The notes beneath the pieces were generated by a model that searched no databases, was not told the DNA's origin, and was given only the letters and a program-made list of their open reading frames with translations. A stretch of 31,674 nucleotides of DNA from Rozella allomycis CSF55 (Eukaryota): positions 62,001-93,674 of the forward strand of contig KE560904.1 of assembly GCA_000442015.1 (NCBI GenBank), in the 5' to 3' direction. Positions 24,859 to 31,674 of this stretch are shown here, piece after piece (position 1 is the first letter of the stretch; each line of letters opens with the position of its first letter). A program made the position numbers and the translations under genes.

Positions 24859-25395
24859 ATGGAACCGTTTTACTTGATAAAAGAAAATCCGTTACTAGGA
24901 TCAATTGATATATCAGATATCCCAAATGTAGTGTTGACACGGCCTCGAGGCAACTCATTGAAGAAAACAGCAAAGCAGCAAGCGTTAGTTAATTCCATAT
25001 CATCGATTGAAAATATTTTGCAGATCACAGAAGATGAGAATATGAAGAATTCCCTGTATCATTTGCGCTCCAGTTTAATCATAGATATCGCATCCACTGC
25101 CAATCAAAACGTTTCACCAAAAAAATATTGCAGCCATTGTCTTGAGAAAGGACCTTTTATATCAACTGATAAGGTGTTTTCAAGGTGTTATAGCTGTCAC
25201 AATCCTGTGGTGCCATGTTCTAAATGTGAAATTGCAATGGCGAAATATGAAGACAAAGTTTTCTCACAGGACGCTAAATGCGAAAAATGTAGGAATATTA
25301 TTGAATCATGGGATCAACATGGAACTGTTGATTACAAAGAGTCAATAGATATTATTGAAGATCTTGATTTAAGCGAGTTCAAAGATATCAATTGA
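24859..25395 (+). CDS. Hypothetical protein with four CxxC pairs (double zinc-ribbon-like)
   Basis: 178-aa intronless ORF containing CSHC, CYSC, CSKC and CEKC. Confidence 0.6.
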   Translation: MEPFYLIKENPLLGSIDISDIPNVVLTRPRGNSLKKTAKQQALVNSISSIENILQITEDENMKNSLYHLRSSLIIDIASTANQNVSPKKYCSHCLEKGPFISTDKVFSRCYSCHNPVVPCSKCEIAMAKYEDKVFSQDAKCEKCRNIIESWDQHGTVDYKESIDIIEDLDLSEFKDIN

Positions 25396-25568
25396 TGAAA
25401 ATCACCCAAATTAATTAAAGTTTTGTTAAAATTATATATTTCTTAATATGTATTGATTTTTTAGTGGTCGTTTCTTGAGTTGTTCCTTGAAACTCGATTT
25501 TATCAAATTGTTAAGTGTTCTTATATTTGTTTACCTTTTTCAAATGCACATAAATATTTTCAACTTTC

Positions 25569-26919
25569 ATGGAAGATTATGGAATTCTCGATAAAAATGA
25601 AATTTTATCACATTTGGCCGAAATAGTTGAAAGACTTAAGCGTATGGAGGAATATTTGCTCGTTAATACCAATCAAAACAATTGCAAATATACATCTTTA
25701 TTCACTGAATCTAAAGCCTTTGCTATTGAATCATTCAAAGAATTGACTGACTTTATTTCTCAATATTTTCCACAATTGTTATCCTTGCAAACTCAACAAA
25801 AGACCGTTTTAGAAGCCTTACTAAAGGAGTTTGAATCGAATGATAATGTAACATAGTAGTCATTAAAATTTTTAAAGGTTTTAAAGTTAGTACAAAAGAC
25901 TGAAGCATATAAAAAGTATCCCGACAAGGATCTAAACCTTGACTCCGAAGTGGATTTTCATGATTTGAGTGGGTTAAGTACAAAATTTAGGAAACTAAAT
26001 CGTAATACCTTTTGAAAGAATGAATAGAATCGAGTCTTCAAAGTGAAATGTTGGATACAGGCATGTCGACATATGACGAGAATGAATCGGTCGGGCTCTC
26101 ATTCAGGCAATATAGAACAGAAAAAGAGAAAGTATCTAATAATACACCAAAAAATGGTACAAACACAAAAAATGTCGAGTCTTTCCGTGAAGGTGGCATT
26201 ACGACCACCCTATCTACTAATTCTACCACTTTAAATAACCCTAACTTCTTTCAATCTTTCGGGACGGATACACTCACTGGTATACCTCATTCATTAATAA
26301 ACGAAAACGCGACAATAAGCGCTCCGACATTATTCGGCCAGAGGACTTTAGCAGATAACAACACTCTGATAGGAAATGGGACATTATTTACAAGAAATTT
26401 TGGTGACACTATCATTGGAAATCAAACAACATTAGTTGGCAATCAAACAACTATGGTAGGTAATCAAACCACTATAATTGGAAATCAAGCGACAATGAAC
26501 TTGAATAGTCCAGTAAAATATCATGTTGAATGAGATAGAGCTCTTTAAGTAATCCATTTTATGAAAATAGTAATCAACAAAGTTATATACTTGCAAAACA
26601 AACTCCTGAAGCAATTGAAAGGTTTCCCAATAAAAGCCAAAATGAGTCGGATGGACAAAAATCAAGTTTTAAAGAGACTACTATTGACGATATCAAAAGA
26701 ACTTTGGGTAGCACTTTCAGGAAAGCCCCCACTCCAACAAAGGAAAAAGAATATGTATTGGCACTTTATGATTTTGCAGGAGGAGATAATAACGAATTAT
26801 CGTTTTCCAAAGGGGCTAGAATGACAGTTCTGAATGATGATGTAGGGCAAGGTTGGATGGAATGTGAAATGAATGGCCAAAGAGGTCTTGTTCCGAAACA
26901 GTACGTAGGAAAAGATTGA
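25569..26919 (+). CDS. SH3-domain protein with N-terminal helical region and low-complexity middle
   Basis: Three tiny introns (~25848-25877, ~26002-26027, ~26513-26538) join the ORFs in frame. C-terminal ALYDFAG..NELSFSKG..GWM..GQRGLVPKQYV. Confidence 0.8.
26408..26497 (+). repeat. Four tandem 21-nt coding repeats, T-h-h-G-N-Q-T/A
   Basis: TIIGNQT TLVGNQT TMVGNQT TIIGNQA, with codons diverged at synonymous sites. Confidence 0.85.
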
Positions 26920-27020
26920 TAATAAATTTTGCCGTGGGAGATTCCTTAATTATTCCATTTACATAATTTCTAATTTATTAAAGAAATCAGTATTTACCGA
27001 GCCACTTCCGGCCTCTTTAC

Positions 27021-28603
27021 ATGGAAGCAAAAAATCAAAATGCCGCTTGTGATGTGTAAAATTATATAATTTGGCTCTATTATAGTGACATTGAAACAAC
27101 TTACGCATCGCACGACATTGTAGAAAATGCTAATACAGAAAATGGCCTGGGCAAGCCAGTAGGGTGTTGGAGCAGATTCCAAAATTCACTTCATCAACAT
27201 TATTTGTCATCGGGTGTATCTGCTGAAAATTTGTTGGCATATCTTTTTGCTGTTATGATGGGAGTTTGTTTTTTCGTGTTTATTAATATTGGTCAGGCTA
27301 GTGTCCTAACCTATATCTTAAAAATTGATAAAAGTGTCTTGGGAGAATCCACAGGAATGCTACCATTTTTTGATCAATTGTTGACAATTGTTGTAATTGG
27401 GCCTTGGGGTGTAATGATTTAACTCGAGTTTAAAAAAGGCATTATCTGATGTTTGGGGAAGAAGGGTAGTTTATTCTCTCGGTTTCTTGATTATGTCAAT
27501 AGGCCTGGGGTTGTATCCCTGGGCTACAAATTTATATACCCCATTCTATTCTAGCCTTGTTTTCTTTAGATTAATATTTGCATTTGGTTCATCTGCATGT
27601 AGCTCAATGATGACAGCGGTTCTTTCTGACTATGCCCATCAAAAATCTAGAGGGCGAGTTTCTGGTTCAGTGGGACTTGTGTCAGGTATTCCTCGCATTT
27701 GATTATTACAAGGTCTTGGCGCCGTAATCGGAGCACTAGTTCTTCCTAGATTACCTAACGCAATCCCTCCGAATGATGGAGCGTTTAATCCAATTAGAAT
27801 TACATTTCTCATCGCAGCTGGTCTGTCTCTTTTTTCGTCATTAATTGTCGGCACTTTTTTGCAAAAGAAATTTATTGTTCCAGAATCAGACGCAAGTCCG
27901 AAACGAACAGTTTTCAGTCGCCTCATAGAGGGTTTTGTAGCGGCCAAAAACCCTGCCATTTTCTTGGCTTATCTGGGAGGTTATTTGGTAAATTGAAATT
28001 TATTAAGAAATAAAGGCAAGAAGCGATAGCATTGTAATCACAACGTTTATTCCATCATGGGTTACAAAGCATTACTTATCTGTAGGCGAATGCTTGGCGG
28101 AAGAGGATTTGTGTAGCACGGCTTCTAGACTATATTCAACACTTACTGGTGTTGCTCAAGTCTGTGCATTATTTGGCGCTCCTTTCTATGGTATATTTGC
28201 TGATAGAATCAGCCGTCATGGAACATTTTTGTTTGGTTCATTTATCGGCATTTTTTCATTCGGGTCTTTCTTTTTTATAAAAACTCCGACTAGTTGGCTT
28301 GTTTACGTTGCTTCTTGCTTCAGTGGTCTTGCCCAAATTGGTATGATTGTTACTTCTATGTCACTGGTTTCAGCGTTTGCCCCACCAGAGAAACGAGGGT
28401 CAATATCTGGTGTTTACAGTTTGTTCGGTGGGATTGGCATTCTATTCAATTCTAGAATAGGGGGATATTTGTTTGACTCTTGGAACGAGGGGTCTCCGTT
28501 TCTCTTGATATCTGCTTCTCATATTCTCGTCACCTTATTTTCCATAATAGTTTGGATTAAATTAAAAGGGCCTAAAATATCATCTTTCCATGCCGTCGCA
28601 TAA
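27021..28603 (+). CDS. Major facilitator superfamily transporter
   Basis: Motif A in both halves (WG|ALSDVWGRR; GIFADRISR), many hydrophobic helices, and tiny introns joining the ORFs. Confidence 0.9.
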
Positions 28604-28665
28604 ACTGTAAATATGTAATAAATACTTTCCTTAATAGCAATTTAGAAATTTTGATTTTACTTAGA

Positions 28666-29022
28666 ATGTTGATTAACAGCGTCGCTCCTGCTGGAGTTGG
28701 TCCCAAAGTATATTTTCCTCAATTTGTATTCGCAATGTTAAAAAGACCAGCCGAGTGTCCTCCCAATATCGCCATTTTCAAAGTCAACCAGAGATTAACA
28801 AAATATGACATTCGAAACTATTTGGAAGCTATTTACAATATCAGAGTATTAAGAGTTGATACAGTTAGGTACATGGCAAAAGAAATGAAAGATCCATTAG
28901 GTCGTAAAAAGACTTTACCGGCTTGGAAAAAAGCATTTGTGTATCTTGATAAAGAATGGGATGGCTTTCCAGAAGAAGTACCCCAAGAAGAGTTTGATAA
29001 GTCTATAAAATATAATGCTTAA
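28666..29022 (+). CDS. MRPL23: Mitochondrial ribosomal protein uL23m
   Basis: KVYFP, FKVNQRLTKYDIRNYLEAIYNIRVLRVDT and WKKAFVYL. Confidence 0.85.
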   Translation: MLINSVAPAGVGPKVYFPQFVFAMLKRPAECPPNIAIFKVNQRLTKYDIRNYLEAIYNIRVLRVDTVRYMAKEMKDPLGRKKTLPAWKKAFVYLDKEWDGFPEEVPQEEFDKSIKYNA

Positions 29023-29062
29023 CAACTTAGATTCAAATTTGTGACAAATATTTATTTCTTGA

Positions 29063-30246
29063 TCAAGGCCCCGAAATTTGACTGCCCGTTACATCCAGAA
29101 TTTTCGGTTCTCTAATAGGATAATTGTCTAGATCATCTTCATTAGAGACCCCAAAGTCACTTCTTAATATTTCTTCTTCCTCGTCGGTCAATGACTCGCC
29201 TATTTTCTTCATCATTTCTCTTTTAAAATTTCTAACTCCTTCGCTCAATACTAATGGTTCTTCATTTGGATAGTTCTCTTTTCTTCTTACAAGAGCAGCA
29301 TCCCTCATTTTGATCATACCTTCATCAGCGATTAATGGATTATCCAACCTTTTAAATATGTCTCCATCTTTTCTTTTTCTTCTTCTTTTTGTCTATGTCT
29401 CTCTTCCTTTTCAGCTTCGTATCCTCCTTCGGCCCACGCCTCCACTTGTTTCCTTTCATTGTCAAAAACTGGACGATCATCCAAATACGTTAAATTTGCG
29501 AGCCTCGAAATAATTGTCTTTCTATAATTCTTTATTTTTCTAACAACTGGATTGCCCATCAAATTCAGTACTCGCTAATTCATTTCGGCCACAAAGCGCT
29601 TACGAGGTTCGGCATCATTTCAAAAATATCTACTACATTTACATCTTCAATTTTATTGTGTGATAAATCAAGCGTCCTAAGTTTGATATTGAGACTAAAA
29701 TTACGTGATAGAAGGGCAATCGACCAATCTTTCTATATCTTCAGCAGTTGACAGATAATTGTGAGTGATGTTTAAAGTAGTTAGCTTTGATAATGTCGAC
29801 AAGCCCTTGATTTTTTTAATCAGATTATTGCTTAGATTAATGCTATCCAATTGTTCCAAGTTTTCCAGTCCATCTATTTCTTGAATGCAATTTTGCTGTA
29901 GAAACCTTATTTACATTGGAATATGCATTTATTACAGACATCTCAATTCTTTCATATGGCTGATATTCTCGATAATCGATATCCCATTCGATTCTAACCA
30001 TAAACTCTTCACATTAATATAGCTATCCAGATTTTCAATTCTAGAGAAACCTAATCAATTTAATCAAGGAATTATACCGTGAAAATGAAGGTAAAGTTTG
30101 TCATTAAGTGACGGCGTCGAATATAAATTGTTCTTCTTGCATAAATATTGTACATATTTTTCGGTCATTAAAGGAAATCCTTTGTCATCCTTTTGCACAG
30201 GATCACGCAGAAAGGTTCTAGTTCCTGGTTTGCTATCAGACAGCAT
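29063..30246 (-). CDS. DNAAF1: Dynein axonemal assembly factor 1 (LRRC50/ODA7)
   Basis: [26 protein letters not shown]22-like LRRs, and LRR cap [33 protein letters not shown]...EAWAEGG.EAE. Confidence 0.92.
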
Positions 30247-30601
30247 TGTCAATTTGTCAATAAGTGGCTTACAAGTTGGAAATATAATTAATGAATTATG
30301 CAGCTGCTTTATTTTTTTGTTTATGAGCATCGCTAGATATCCAGTCAAATTTTATTGCTGGGGTTTTGGTTGACGATGCATCTGACGCTGAAATCGAAGG
30401 TCTTCGTCCATTTATTAAATCCGCCGTTCGCTTAGACTTGTGGTTTCATATGATTAAAAAAATCATCTCTTACGTTGAAAATGTGGTATGTTTCTTAAAC
30501 TTACTGGCCTCCCCAATGTACGCTTCAATATTTTCGTAATTAAATGCCTCGGAGGTTGTTGGAAATGATATACTTGAGCTAATTATTGAGACATCAGCCT
30601 C

Positions 30602-31351
30602 TTACATATCTGTATTTCCAATTACGTTTATTTTCCTCACATTCTGTGATTGTGGTTTTGGATACAACATGGATATCAATGGTGAAAATGTTTCAAAAAC
30701 TGTAGCATGATCATGACTACTTTTTTGCTGACTTGCATTGTTGAAATTTTTCTGTCTATTCAATCGAATGGTTGGTTGGAACAATCGTGTCAATTCTTGG
30801 TCAATTATTTGGCTATCTTGGCGATTAGTGAAAACAATTTTGACGAATGATTTCATAAACGACATGAACACCAATTTTTGAGTTAACTTAATAGTTACTT
30901 TACATAAATTTCTTTCTTCATCAAGTCTAAGAGAGTGTCCTGTAGTTATTAGCCACTTGGAATACAGCAACCCGAGATTTTTTAGAGCTTCTTCAAGTTT
31001 ATTTTCCTGATCAGAAGACCCACCAAAAAATCCTCCATTGAGCTTTGAAACGTGCCTTTAAAAGAAGACAAAGTCTCTTTACCCTTTGTAATGAGCCATA
31101 ACCCAACCTCCATCAAATTTATCATGTAAATTCTTTAAATACCATTTAAAGTATATAATTGTAGACACAAGGAATTCATCAAAATATTGACCTTTGCAAA
31201 ATGTATTCATTAAAATGAAATCTGACTTTTTCAAAGTTTCACATACTCTGCCTCTAATTTATGTCTAAATGTATGTACTTTTAAGTTGCAAGACATCCAC
31301 TCTTTTCGATGAAGCTGTGTTTGGAGTAATGGGTAATTGAATGTTATCCAT
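30602..31351 (-). CDS. Hypothetical multi-exon protein, possibly PPP1R36-like; 3' end probably continues below 30602
   Basis: Spliced frame has LKNLGLLYSKWLI, IDQELTRLFQ and FSPLISMLYPKP, resembling recalled PPP1R36 blocks (IEEE..RLFR; RSP....L.P.P). Confidence 0.45.
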
Positions 31352-31545
31352 GACTACTTCCAGCAGGCAGTAATGTTAGGGAAGTAAATCCTATATTTAG
31401 ATTATAAGGCTAATAAACCCCGAAGATCTTATAAAATAAGCTTTCCAAATGAGAGAAACAAAGAAGAAAACTTGCTCTAAAGAGAATATTCGTCAAGTGC
31501 AGTTGCAGTTTCCTCCAATCTTTCATCAACGGAGGGCGGAATTTT

Positions 31546-31634
31546 TAGCAATTAACAGCCTTTTAGCAGCTTTGGAGCAACAGAACCAANTAGCAATTAA
31601 CAGCCTTTTAGCAGCTTTGGAGCAACAGAACCAA
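31546..31634. repeat. 44-bp exact duplication across an N (unmerged contig overlap)
   Basis: 31546-31589 equals 31591-31634, with N at 31590. Confidence 0.9.
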
Positions 31635-31674
31635 AATTTAACTCCAAATGTTTAAAGTAACCATGAATAAATAA

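Noticed and set aside
31449-31655. ORF with a repeated AINSLLAALEQQNQ peptide
   Set aside because: The repeat is an exact 44-bp duplication across the N at 31590.

Overview
AT-rich, very gene-dense eukaryotic DNA, not bacterial. Nearly every conserved gene is split by tiny GT-AG introns of about 26-30 nt, so the ORF track shows only fragments and misses two genes entirely (an acyl-CoA-binding-domain protein and RPL36). Recognisable genes: DDHD phospholipase, low-MW thioredoxin reductase, YHM2-type carrier, POC1 fragment, 2OG-Fe(II) oxygenase, HAUS8-like augmin subunit, TyrRS with an EMAP-II-like C-domain, ACBD protein, tRNA-Gly(GCC), PAF-acetylhydrolase, PTPA, mitochondrial IF2, INO1, RPL36, angel/Ngl nuclease, RAB6, UBTD, 2-Cys peroxiredoxin, SH3 protein, MFS transporter, mitochondrial uL23, DNAAF1 and a PPP1R36-like protein. 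Fungal-type genes, flagellar/centriole genes, mitochondrial translation genes and extreme compaction point to a zoosporic early-diverging fungal relative such as Rozella (inference). Fourteen single Ns mark assembly joins, eleven of them between 5.1 and 8.9 kb, so adjacency there is unreliable. I found no convincing multi-gene novel system. The most interesting signals are apparently distance-based 3' splice-site choice, a phased 19/20-bp repeat array, the animal-like TyrRS architecture, a candidate secreted effector and an amyloid-like repeat in an SH3 protein.
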